Below, piece after piece: positions 1 through 7,817 of a stretch of DNA of 32,000 nt. The stretch is taken from the NCBI GenBank assembly GCA_030059665.1, contig JANVYR010000001.1, positions 125,501 to 157,500 of the forward strand. Direction: 5' to 3'. Each line of letters begins with the position of its first letter. The stretch's first letter is position 1. The notes below the pieces were generated by a model. That model was not told the origin of the DNA. It saw only the letters and a list, made by a program, of their open reading frames with translations, and did no database searches. A program made the position numbers and the translations under genes. The stretch comes from Candidatus Calditenuis fumarioli. GTDB taxonomy: Archaea > Thermoproteota > Nitrososphaeria_A > Caldarchaeales > Calditenuaceae.

Positions 1-1
1 T

Positions 2-988
2 CGGAGCTGGAGGGAGGTCGTCTTCACCAGGGGCACGACGGAGTCGATCAACCTGGTTGCCTACGCATGGGCCCTCAGGAACCTGAGGAAGGGCGACAAG
101 GTCGTGGTGACCGAGATGGAGCACCACAGCAACGTAGTTCCTTGGCAGCTCGTCTGCTCCCTGACTGGAGCAACCCTAAGCTACCTGCCCGTGACCGACG
201 ACGGGTACCTCGACCTCTCGTCCCTCGACGCTCACCTCAAGGGTGCCAGGGTCTTCGCTTTCACATACGCATCCAACGTCTTGGGGACCATCAACCCAGT
301 GAGGGAGCTGGTCAAGGCGGCGAGGGAGCACGGAGCCGTCACGGTCGTCGACGCGGCCCAGTACGTCCCCCACGCTCCAGTCAACGTCTCCGATATCGGA
401 TGCGACTTCCTCGCCTTCTCGGGTCACAAGATGTGCGGCCCGATGGGCATTGGCGTCCTCTACGGCCGGAGGGAGCTGCTGGAGGAGATGGAGCCGTTCC
501 AGGGAGGCGGGGAGATGATCAGGGAGGTGAGGTTCGACGGCTCGAGCTGGAACGAGGTGCCCTGGAAGTTCGAGGCGGGAACACCTAACGTCGAGGGCGC
601 TGTTGGCATCGCGGCCGCGATCGACTACCTCTCCCAGTTCGGGATGGACCAGGTCAGGTCTCACGATTTGAGGCTGACGGAGAAGGCTCTGGAGGTCCTC
701 GCGGAGGTGCCGAAGATCCGCATCGTCGGCCCCGAGAGCGCCAGGGACAGGTGCGGTCTGGTCTCCTTCACGCTCGCCGACATACACCCGCACGACCTCG
801 CCGAGTTCCTCGATCGGAGGTTCAGGATCGCCGTGAGGGCCGGGCACCACTGCGCCATGCCTCTCCACACGAGGCTCGGCCTCACCGCTACGACCAGGGC
901 CAGCTTCTACCTCTACAACTCGGAGCAGGAGGTGGAGGTTCTGGCGAGAGCCCTCAGGGAGGCCCTCTCGTACTTCAGGGCCGCTTGA
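2..988 (+). CDS. sufS: Cysteine desulfurase, SufS/CsdA-type class V aminotransferase. It is 5'-truncated by the window edge.
   Basis: The frame is open from nt 2 (RSWREVVFTRGTTESINLVAYAW...) and continues into the listed ORF 104..988. The PLP-lysine motif is FSGHKMCGPMGIGVLYG and the catalytic-Cys motif is RAGHHCAMPL. Both are typical of group II SufS. Confidence 0.85.
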   Translation, partial: RSWREVVFTRGTTESINLVAYAWALRNLRKGDKVVVTEMEHHSNVVPWQLVCSLTGATLSYLPVTDDGYLDLSSLDAHLKGARVFAFTYASNVLGTINPVRELVKAAREHGAVTVVDAAQYVPHAPVNVSDIGCDFLAFSGHKMCGPMGIGVLYGRRELLEEMEPFQGGGEMIREVRFDGSSWNEVPWKFEAGTPNVEGAVGIAAAIDYLSQFGMDQVRSHDLRLTEKALEVLAEVPKIRIVGPESARDRCGLVSFTLADIHPHDLAEFLDRRFRIAVRAGHHCAMPLHTRLGLTATTRASFYLYNSEQEVEVLARALREALSYFRAA

Positions 989-1026
989 GGATGAAGCTAA
1001 ATGCGGGACACGGGCGAGTTGAGGCG

Positions 1027-1404
1027 ATGAGGAGGGTCGTGCTTACGGAAAGGGCTCCGAGGCCCGTCGGTCCGTACTCGCAGGCGATCGTCGCCAACGG
1101 CTTCGTCTTCGTCGCGGGCCAGGTCCCTATAGATCCCGAGACCGGGAGGGTCGTCGAGGGAGGGATCAGGGAGCAGACGAGGAGGGTTCTGGAGAACGTG
1201 AGGGCCGTCCTCGAGGCGGCCGGTTCCTCGCTGGAGAAGGTCGTGAAGGTAAACGTCTACCTGAAGCGCGCGGAGGACTTCGCCGCAATGAACGAGGTCT
1301 ACTCGCAGTACTTTCCTCGTGAGCCACCCGCAAGGACGACGGTCGTCGCTGGGATGGTGAGGGACGAGTTCCTGATCGAGGTGGACGTGATAGCCGTCGC
1401 ATGA
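1027..1404 (+). CDS. ridA: RidA/YjgF/TdcF family reactive-intermediate (enamine/imine) deaminase.
   Basis: The sequence MRRVVLTERAPRPVGPYSQAIVANGFVFVAGQVPIDPETG...VKVNVYL...ARTTV is the canonical RidA pattern. I chose ATG 1027 rather than ATG 991 because it gives the usual length of about 125 aa. Confidence 0.85.
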   Translation: MRRVVLTERAPRPVGPYSQAIVANGFVFVAGQVPIDPETGRVVEGGIREQTRRVLENVRAVLEAAGSSLEKVVKVNVYLKRAEDFAAMNEVYSQYFPREPPARTTVVAGMVRDEFLIEVDVIAVA

Positions 1405-1423
1405 GTCTGTGTGCTGATGTGAC

Positions 1424-1918
1424 ATGAGCCCTCTACCCTCGCTACTGCAGATTGTCGAGCTGGTTGTTGCTGCGGTAGTCCTGGCTGTGGTGCTGATTTC
1501 CATCAGGCTCCTGGTCAGGAGGATAGAGCGGCACTACCCCGACGCGAGCAAGCTGTACTACTTCATCACCAGCATCGTCGTTATAACAGCAATAGCAATC
1601 GCAGCCTACCGTTACGGGCTCGTCGACCTGCTGGTGGGTTCGCTCACGGCCATCGGCGCTATGGGAGTGGTGCTGGGCCTGGGGCTCGTTCCGTGGGTGA
1701 GCGACGTTTACGCAGGCCTCATGCTGATGCTCAACCCTCACATCAAGATCGGCACCGAGGTCGAGGTCGCAGGGAAGAGGGGCAGGATAATCCTGATCAC
1801 GCTGACGACAACGCGCATCGCAGGCGACGACTGCATCATCATCGTCCCCAACCGGAAGTTCCGGGACGAGATCGTCGTGATCTACGGCACAAAGCCTTCC
1901 GAGAGGACCTTCCTCTGA
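1424..1918 (+). CDS. Small MscS-like mechanosensitive channel family membrane protein (short form).
   Basis: Three N-terminal TM helices are followed by ...SDVYAGLMLMLNPHIKIGTEVEVAGKRGRIILITLTTTRI...IIIVPNRKF, which resembles the MscS TM3 plus beta-domain core. The C-terminal alpha/beta domain is absent. Confidence 0.6.
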   Translation: MSPLPSLLQIVELVVAAVVLAVVLISIRLLVRRIERHYPDASKLYYFITSIVVITAIAIAAYRYGLVDLLVGSLTAIGAMGVVLGLGLVPWVSDVYAGLMLMLNPHIKIGTEVEVAGKRGRIILITLTTTRIAGDDCIIIVPNRKFRDEIVVIYGTKPSERTFL

Positions 1919-1919
1919 C

Positions 1920-2237
1920 TCAGTACCTCATGATCTGGACGTGCTTGACGCCCCCCACGTCCCTGCACGCCCTTTCGGGGACGAGGCCCTCCCTCACGGC
2001 CCTTCCGACCACGCCGTTCCCCACGAGGTTCACGATGGTGACCTGCGCTATGAGCGACCTGACCTCCTCCCAGCTCGCGAGCCTGCCCATGTAGAAGCTC
2101 TCCGAGACGAGGACCTCGAAGCCGTCGGCCACCTTCAGCCTCCTACCGAGCAGGTCCCTGTCGCAGGCCGCCAGGATGATTTCGCCCGTGTAGGAGTGGT
2201 GGACCTTCATCCAGTACTTCTCGTCGCCTTCGTCCAC
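1920..2237 (-). CDS. DUF424-family small archaeal protein.
   Basis: WMKVHHSYTGEIILAACDRDLLGRRL...FY.G resembles the conserved DUF424 N-terminus. The listed start at 2237 is GTG. ATG 2210 (MKVHH...) is an equally plausible start. Confidence 0.55.
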   Translation of the reverse strand: MDEGDEKYWMKVHHSYTGEIILAACDRDLLGRRLKVADGFEVLVSESFYMGRLASWEEVRSLIAQVTIVNLVGNGVVGRAVREGLVPERACRDVGGVKHVQIMRY

Positions 2238-2261
2238 GCAATTCGAGGGCCCGAGTGACGT

Positions 2262-2840
2262 TTAACCTTGCACCTGTCCGGTCTCCTCTGGAGCCCCTCC
2301 GAATCTCCTCCTCTCGCGGAGGAAGGCGAGGCTGATGGCAACGGCTACCCCCCAGAATGCACCCATCACCAGCATCGTCACCAAAACCGAGTTCAGGAAC
2401 CCCTGGAGGTTCTCCAGCACCGTGATCGGGACGTTGATCAGGTATGTCCCGTTGCTCCCGGAGACCGCGATTCCGGCGACGTACCTGCCTGGTCGTTCGA
2501 GGACCAGCTCCGCCTTGAAGATCCCGTTGGCAACCCTGACGGGCCTCGTGAAGTTGACGGGCCTCAATCCGTCGGTGACGACGACGTACGCCGTGACCTC
2601 CGCGGGCCTCCCCTGAAGGTCGCTGATCACCGCGGTCACCCGGAACCTCTCACCCGCCTTCGGCTCGTTGGGCTCCAGGAGGACCTGCACCCTGTACTCT
2701 CCCACCTGCCTCGCGACGCAGACGAGCTGGCTGAACTCGTAGACCCTGAAGTCTGGCGGGCTGTAATTCTCGGCCGCGAGCGATGGCTGGAGCGCAACCG
2801 CAGTTATCAGCAGGGCAACTGCTAGCGCCCGGTGGTTCAT
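2262..2840 (-). CDS. Membrane-anchored secreted protein with a signal peptide, a beta-sandwich-like domain and a C-terminal TM helix. It may be YtkA/FixH-like.
   Basis: The signal peptide is MNHRALAVALLITAVALQPSLAAE. The middle is beta-rich (YRVQVLLEPNEPKAGERFRVTAVISD...GRYVAGIAVSG) and the C-terminal TM is LVTMLVMGAFWGVAVAISLAFL. ATG 2840 overlaps the Sco1 stop as ATGA (2837-2840). The family assignment is weak. Confidence 0.55.
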   Translation of the reverse strand: MNHRALAVALLITAVALQPSLAAENYSPPDFRVYEFSQLVCVARQVGEYRVQVLLEPNEPKAGERFRVTAVISDLQGRPAEVTAYVVVTDGLRPVNFTRPVRVANGIFKAELVLERPGRYVAGIAVSGSNGTYLINVPITVLENLQGFLNSVLVTMLVMGAFWGVAVAISLAFLRERRRFGGAPEETGQVQG

Positions 2841-3574
2841 TGCGAGATCAGCCATCGGGCCGCATCGACGTACTCCTTTTCATCCATTTCCGGCGTCAGC
2901 GCGAGCCTCAGACTGTGGCCCCTGTCGGCACCGAGCACCCAGGAGAAGTGGCTGACGAAGTACCTCGTTCCGGGTGGGAGCTCCTCCGGGTTGACCGGGT
3001 TGCCCTTCTCGTCGGTGTAGTACACGGGCACCTTGTACTCCGCGATGATTTGGAAGATCTTCTCCTTCGGACCGGTGAGGGCTATGATCCTCGGATCGAA
3101 GTACCTGTTCACCCAGTCCCTCAGGGCCTCTGGCGTGTCGCGCCACGGGTCGACAGATACGAAGACGAAGGCTATCTTGTCGGCGTCAGCACCCAGCGCG
3201 TTCAAGGTCTTGGTGAACTTCTGCAGGACCACCGGGCAGACGTCGGGACAGTTGGTGTAACCGAAGTAGATCAGGACCGCCTTCCCCTTCACCATGTCCA
3301 GATTGAAGGGCCTGCCGTACTGGTCCGTCAGCTCCAGCGGCGGAAGCGTTCCGCCCTCCAGCTTTATGGTCGGCTGATATTTGGAACCGGCTCCGGAGAT
3401 CGACGGGATCCCGTAATTCCAGATCACAAGCCCGACGACCAGGCCCACAACTACCGCCAGGAAACCCCAGAGGTACGTCTTGGAGAGGCCCTTGGTCTTG
3501 AGGGCAGCCATCTGAGTCTCAATCGACTGCGGAGTTGTTAACGATAACTCAGCTACCCTGAGGTGCCTGCCCAC
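2837..3574 (-). CDS. SCO1/SenC family copper chaperone / thiol-disulfide oxidoreductase for cytochrome oxidase assembly.
   Basis: An N-terminal TM anchor precedes a thioredoxin-like domain with the Sco motif YFGYTNCPDVCP and a downstream conserved His (VSHFSW). The alternative start ATG 3511 (MAALKTKG...) would remove the 26-nt overlap with the upstream gene. Confidence 0.8.
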   Translation of the reverse strand: MGRHLRVAELSLTTPQSIETQMAALKTKGLSKTYLWGFLAVVVGLVVGLVIWNYGIPSISGAGSKYQPTIKLEGGTLPPLELTDQYGRPFNLDMVKGKAVLIYFGYTNCPDVCPVVLQKFTKTLNALGADADKIAFVFVSVDPWRDTPEALRDWVNRYFDPRIIALTGPKEKIFQIIAEYKVPVYYTDEKGNPVNPEELPPGTRYFVSHFSWVLGADRGHSLRLALTPEMDEKEYVDAARWLISQ

Positions 3575-4082
3575 TGCGCTCAGAGATGAGCCTCAGGACG
3601 AGGTCCACCGCCTCCCTCGGCGTCTCTGCAGCGTGGACCAGCACCGTTCTCCGCTGGTCGAGATATCTCCCCGCGTACTCGTCCGCAACGCCCCCGGAAC
3701 CCTTCAGCGCCACGATGGGTTTGCCCTCTATGTAGGCGGCTGCGATCTCGGAGAGCGTGCCCGCCCCTCCGCCGACGACGATGACCCCATCGGCCGAGTA
3801 GACGTTGACGAAGTTCCGGAGGTGCCCGATCCCCGTCGCCACTACCACGGTGCTGTATGGGTTGGCCTGGCTCGCGTCCTTCTGCGGTATGATCGAGACC
3901 GTGATCCCTCCGGCCTCGTAGGCTCCCTTGCTCGCCGCCTCCATCACGCCGCCGAGCCCTCCTGTTATCAGCACAGCGCCCCTCAGGGCCACCTCCCTGC
4001 CCACCTCGTACGCGAGCCTCCAGGCCCTCTCGTCGCAGGCGTCGCGGTTGTAACCGATCACCAGTATCTGCTTCCTCCTCAT
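3549..4082 (-). CDS. TIGR00725-type LOG/SLOG-like Rossmann-fold protein.
   Basis: ILVIGYN...VLITGGLGGVMEAASKGA...GITVSIIP...ATGIG.LRNFVNVYSADGVIVVGGGAGTLSEIAAAY matches the GGxGGVMEA and GGxGTLSE motifs of this family. Confidence 0.75.
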   Translation of the reverse strand: MRRKQILVIGYNRDACDERAWRLAYEVGREVALRGAVLITGGLGGVMEAASKGAYEAGGITVSIIPQKDASQANPYSTVVVATGIGHLRNFVNVYSADGVIVVGGGAGTLSEIAAAYIEGKPIVALKGSGGVADEYAGRYLDQRRTVLVHAAETPREAVDLVLRLISERSGQAPQGS

Positions 4083-4109
4083 CCCGGTCCGCGGATCCCT
4101 GACCCGGAG

Positions 4110-4115
4110 AAAAAT
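4110..4115 (-). promoter_or_regulatory. TATA-like box (ATTTTT on the minus strand) for the TIGR00725-Sco1 unit.
   Basis: It is the only AT-rich tract in the divergent spacer and lies about 28 nt upstream of ATG 4082, which is consistent with a leaderless mRNA. Confidence 0.35.
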
Positions 4116-4157
4116 GCAACCCGGTCGGCCGCCATGGGAGCGCGGCTCACGACAACT

Positions 4158-4163
4158 ACATAT
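4158..4163 (+). promoter_or_regulatory. TATA-like box (ACATAT) for the uL15-secY unit.
   Basis: It lies 26-31 nt upstream of ATG 4189, the only plausible uL15 start. Confidence 0.3.
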
Positions 4164-4188
4164 CCGTGCCGGGATCCCATACGTCCGG

Positions 4189-4626
4189 ATGCCAACGAGG
4201 TTCAGGAAGGTGAGGAAGCGCAGGGGATCGCGGACGTACGGCTGGGGTCAGATAGGGCAGCACAGGAAGCACGGCGCGAAGGGAGGGCGCGGCAACGCGG
4301 GGAAGCACAAGCACAAGTGGACCTACGTCATCAAGTACGAGCCGGACCACTTCGGCGAGAAGGGTTTCGTGCCGCCGACGCGGAGGGAGCTGAGGGAGAT
4401 CAACCTCACGGAGCTGTCTGCGATCGCGGAGCGCCTCTCCCGTGACCCCAACGCTCCGAGGGACGAGGAGGGGAGGCTCGTGGTGGACCTGAGGGGCCCG
4501 GAACCCGTCAAGCTCATCGGCTCGGGCGTCCTCCACGTCTCAGGCCTGAAGGTGATCGCCGACTCCTGGAGCAAGGGCGCGGAGGAGAAGCTGAGGGCAG
4601 CGGGATCTGTCGTCTCGGTGAGGTAG
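4189..4626 (+). CDS. rpl15: 50S ribosomal protein uL15 (L15P / L27a family).
   Basis: MPTRFRKVRKRRGSRTYGWGQIGQHRKHGAKGGRGNAGKHKHKW is the canonical archaeal uL15 N-terminus. The gene sits immediately upstream of secY, as in the conserved superoperon. Confidence 0.9.
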   Translation: MPTRFRKVRKRRGSRTYGWGQIGQHRKHGAKGGRGNAGKHKHKWTYVIKYEPDHFGEKGFVPPTRRELREINLTELSAIAERLSRDPNAPRDEEGRLVVDLRGPEPVKLIGSGVLHVSGLKVIADSWSKGAEEKLRAAGSVVSVR

Positions 4627-4629
4627 GGC

Positions 4630-6069
4630 TTGTCGGAGGAGAAGGGCGGGCTGAGGAGGATCGTCGAGGCGCTGACCTATGCGATCCCCGAGATCAAGAA
4701 GCCGACGAGGAAGCTCGGGCTCGGCGAGAAGCTGCTCTGGACCGCTCTGGTGCTGATCGTCTACGAGTCGATGGCCTCCGTCACCCTCTACGGCCTCCCC
4801 CGTGAGTTCACCGGCGGCACCAGTCCAACGCTGCTCAACATCATCTTCGCATCCAGCGTCGGGACGCTGACGACCCTCGGGATAGGGCCGATCGTCACGG
4901 CAGGTCTGATACTCCAGCTGCTGGTGGGAGCGGAGATCATCAGGCTCGACCTGAAGAAGCCCGAGGACAGGAGGCTCTTCACGTCCGCGAGCAGGCTCCT
5001 GACCGTCGTGATAGCGCTCTTCCAAGGAGCGGTCTACGTCTACGCGGGCTTCTTCGGCAACGTGAGCCCCAACGTAGCCCCACTGCTCTTCGTCCAGCTG
5101 GTGGCTGCCACCGTGATAATCATGCTGCTGGACGAGACGGTCCAGAAATGGGGCCTCGGGAGCGGGATATCGCTCTTCATCGCAGCCGGGGTCGCGAGCC
5201 AGATCTTCAACGACCTCTTCTCGCCCTTCGTCCTCCAGGACGGTTTCTACCACGGAGTGATCCTCGCGATGGGTCAGGCGATAGCGGAGGGGAAGCCGCT
5301 TAGCGACGTCTTCATCAGGCAGGTCGGAGGCAGGGGCGACATACTCGGGCTGATATCGACCGTCGCGATCATAGCGCTGCTGCTCTACGCGGAGGGCGTC
5401 CGGGTCGAGATACCGGTCTCGCACGCGAGGTTCGCGGGATACAGGGGGACCTACCCGGTGAAGCTACTCTACGTCTCGAACGTCCCCGTCATCCTCGCCT
5501 CCACCGTCTTCACGAACATCTACTACCTCTCATCGATCGTCTGGTCGAGGTTCAACCCGGACAACTCCAACCAGATCCTGAACCTGCTCGGGACCTTCCG
5601 GATCGACGAGACGCACAGGACTCCAGTTCCCACCGGCGGACTAGCGTACTACGTGATCGGCCCCAACTCGTTCACCGACGCGGTGGCGGACCCGGTGAGG
5701 GCCGCGGTCTTCGCGGTGCTGATGGTGGGCTTCTGCGTCCTCCTCGGCAAGTTCTGGATCTCCGTCGCAGGCCTCGCACCGGAGCGGATAGCGGACCAGC
5801 TGATCAGCGCTGGGATGCAGGTCCCGGGCTTCAGGAGGGCACCCGAGATAGTCGCCTCCATCATCAGGAGGTACATCGACGTGGTCACCATCATCGGATC
5901 GGTCATCGTAGGTCTGCTGGCAAGCGTGGCGGGGTACGTCAACGCCTTCGGCACCGGAACCGGCCTGCTCCTGATGATCGGCATCCTTTACCAGTACTAC
6001 ACGCTGCTCCTGAGGGAGAGGATCGTCGAGATGTACCCGGCGATATCGAGGGTTCTGGGTGAGGCCTGA
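4630..6069 (+). CDS. secY: Preprotein translocase subunit SecY.
   Basis: The product is 479 aa with 10 TM helices. The N-terminus (...EIKKPTRKLGLGEKLLWTALVLIVY) and the position after uL15 are typical. The start is TTG at 4630. Confidence 0.95.
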   Translation: MSEEKGGLRRIVEALTYAIPEIKKPTRKLGLGEKLLWTALVLIVYESMASVTLYGLPREFTGGTSPTLLNIIFASSVGTLTTLGIGPIVTAGLILQLLVGAEIIRLDLKKPEDRRLFTSASRLLTVVIALFQGAVYVYAGFFGNVSPNVAPLLFVQLVAATVIIMLLDETVQKWGLGSGISLFIAAGVASQIFNDLFSPFVLQDGFYHGVILAMGQAIAEGKPLSDVFIRQVGGRGDILGLISTVAIIALLLYAEGVRVEIPVSHARFAGYRGTYPVKLLYVSNVPVILASTVFTNIYYLSSIVWSRFNPDNSNQILNLLGTFRIDETHRTPVPTGGLAYYVIGPNSFTDAVADPVRAAVFAVLMVGFCVLLGKFWISVAGLAPERIADQLISAGMQVPGFRRAPEIVASIIRRYIDVVTIIGSVIVGLLASVAGYVNAFGTGTGLLLMIGILYQYYTLLLRERIVEMYPAISRVLGEA

Positions 6070-6581
6070 TGCCGATTGCTCCGCAGGCGATCGAGATAAT
6101 GGCCCTGACAGCGGCGCTCTCACTGGCGACGGCCCTCCTGAGGCGCATGGTCTTCACCCGGGAGGACATGCTCCTGATGGCGGAGGTTCAGGAGTACCAT
6201 AGGGAGGTGCTGAAGGCGGTGAGGGAGAAGGACCCGAAGGCCCTCCAGCGCCTGGAGAAGAGGAAGGAGTACTACCAGCGGGTCCAGGCGAGGCTGATGG
6301 GGAAGAACGTGATGCTGATGTTCGCGACGCTCGCCATTTACTTGGGCTTCCTGAGCTGGGCGACGGCCCACTACGGAACCGGTCCCATCCTGAGGGCACC
6401 TCCGGGCTTCTACCTGCCCTTCGTCGTGCACGGGGACGGCATACCTTTCTTCGGCTGGTACATACTCTCGGCCTTCGCCTTCGGTACCCTGCTGAATAGG
6501 GTTATCAATCCGCCGGTCCAGACCTCCCGAAGGCAGCCAGCTCGGGGTGAGAGGGTTGCCGAGCAGAAGGCTGAGGGTTAG
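6069..6581 (+). CDS. DUF106 / EMC3-TMCO1-like (Oxa1-superfamily, YidC-like) membrane protein.
   Basis: The architecture is TM, a coiled-coil (REKDPKALQRLEKRKEYYQRVQARLMGKN), then two TM helices. The position directly after secY (TGATG overlap at 6067-6071) matches the conserved archaeal arrangement. Confidence 0.75.
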   Translation: MPIAPQAIEIMALTAALSLATALLRRMVFTREDMLLMAEVQEYHREVLKAVREKDPKALQRLEKRKEYYQRVQARLMGKNVMLMFATLAIYLGFLSWATAHYGTGPILRAPPGFYLPFVVHGDGIPFFGWYILSAFAFGTLLNRVINPPVQTSRRQPARGERVAEQKAEG

Positions 6582-6840
6582 GAAGGGGATCAGGCGCGTC
6601 TTCGTCAGGACGCCCGGCGGCAGGACCGTCGTCCACTACGAGGACAAGAGGCCCAACTTCAGGCGATGCGCCGTCTGCGGAGAGGTGCTCCACGGCATCA
6701 GGCGCGACGACGAGCGGCCCCTTCCCAAGTCGCAGAAGAGGGTGAGCCGCTACCACGGCGGCAACGTCTGCCACCGCTGCCTCGAATCCAGGATAAGGGA
6801 AGTCGTGATGGCCGAGTGGGCCGCTCAGACGTCGAAGTAG
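6547..6840 (+). CDS. rpl34e: 50S ribosomal protein eL34.
   Basis: PSRRLRVRKGIRRVFVRTPGGRTVVHYEDKRP...CAVCGEVLHG...GGNVCHRC matches the eL34 pattern. The start is GTG 6547 (or TTG 6556) and overlaps the end of the DUF106 gene. Confidence 0.85.
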   Translation: MRGLPSRRLRVRKGIRRVFVRTPGGRTVVHYEDKRPNFRRCAVCGEVLHGIRRDDERPLPKSQKRVSRYHGGNVCHRCLESRIREVVMAEWAAQTSK

Positions 6841-7412
6841 TACCTGACCGCCGTGAGGACGAGCCTCAGCACCTCCTCCTTCCCCAGCCTCGTCGAGTCC
6901 AGCACCAGGTGGAAGGGGCTGAGGTCTTCCCCCCATCGTATCCCGTAAAGGCGCTGGTACAGCTCCCTGTTCCGGGCCTCTCGCTCCGTCAGTACCCTCA
7001 GCGCCTCCTCGTAAGCGAAGCGACCCCTCTTGGCGAGACGCCTCGCCCTCGTCTCGAGCTCGGCCTTAAGCCAGATCTTGAAGCCGTCCTGCACGAGCCA
7101 AGGTATCACCCATCCGTCGATGACCGCGGGCCCCTCCCTCGCTATCTGGATCAGCTCCTCATCGACCTTCCTGTCGAACTCGAAGTTCTCCTCCCGCATC
7201 CTGAGGAACCTCATCCCCTCCTCCGTGTCCCACCACTTCCTCCCCTTCGCGTTGAAGCCCATCTTCCTCGCCAGCCTCATCAGCGCGTCCCCTCCCGAGT
7301 AGTACGGGATACCGAGGCGTCTGGCCAAGGCCCGTCCTAGCGTGCTCTTCCCCGTCGCCGCCTGCCCGGAGATCAGCACCAGCAACCTCTCCCTCCTCGA
7401 TCCCACGACCAA
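6825..7412 (-). CDS. cmk: Archaeal-type cytidylate (CMP) kinase.
   Basis: The P-loop is ISGQAATGKSTLGRALARRLG, followed by ...DGWVIPW...RRLAKRG, and the length is about 180-195 aa. The true start may be TTG 7385 or GTG 7379, which follow an AGGAGGGAGAGG tract, rather than TTG 7412. Confidence 0.8.
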   Translation of the reverse strand: MVVGSRRERLLVLISGQAATGKSTLGRALARRLGIPYYSGGDALMRLARKMGFNAKGRKWWDTEEGMRFLRMREENFEFDRKVDEELIQIAREGPAVIDGWVIPWLVQDGFKIWLKAELETRARRLAKRGRFAYEEALRVLTEREARNRELYQRLYGIRWGEDLSPFHLVLDSTRLGKEEVLRLVLTAVRYYFDV

Positions 7413-7541
7413 CCCTCCTCGGGCCGGTGTTCAGGTCGTCGGCAAAATAGACTTAGCAGCCCACCAGCAACCTCTCCCGGTCTTCCGTCCCTTTGAATCC
7501 GTGACGGTCGCGACCTGCCTGTGAGGCGCGCGTAATCTGGA

Positions 7542-7817
7542 TCAGATCTCCAGGCCGAAGGCCCTCACAAGCCTATCGAAGCGCTGGAACTCCTCGACGA
7601 ACCGCACGCCCTTGTCGGTCACGTGGAAGAGCGTGGGGTCGTTCTGGTGACGGCCCAGAAGGCCCTTCGCGACGAGCTCCTCGAGGTAGCGCTGGAGCCT
7701 GTCGTAGGGGAGGTTAGCGTCCCGCATGATCGTGGTGATCCTCGCGTGCCCTTCGCTCATCACCGCGTTCAGGATGTCGTAGTAGATCCTCACCCGCGAG
7801 CGGTAGGCCCTCCTCAA
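7542..7817 (-). CDS. Small winged-helix transcriptional regulator (COG3432-like).
   Basis: RSRVRIYYDILNAVMSEGHARITTIMRDANLPYDRLQRYLEELVAKGLL...FHVTDKGVRFVEEF is a typical archaeal stand-alone wHTH. The TTG start overlaps the upstream stop as TTGA (7814-7817). Confidence 0.7.
   Translation of the reverse strand: MRRAYRSRVRIYYDILNAVMSEGHARITTIMRDANLPYDRLQRYLEELVAKGLLGRHQNDPTLFHVTDKGVRFVEEFQRFDRLVRAFGLEI

Noticed and set aside
3549-3574. A 26-nt overlap between the TIGR00725 gene and the listed Sco1 start. I considered whether it signals a frameshift or a fusion.
   Set aside because: It is more simply explained by a downstream Sco1 start at ATG 3511 (MAALKTKG..., directly preceding the TM anchor). 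Both proteins are complete and normal in length.
4093-4178. GGATCCC occurs twice (4093-4099 and 4172-4178), flanking the divergent promoters of the TIGR00725 and uL15 genes.
   Set aside because: It is a 7-nt GC-rich direct repeat with no extended similarity around it. That is compatible with chance in DNA of this composition.
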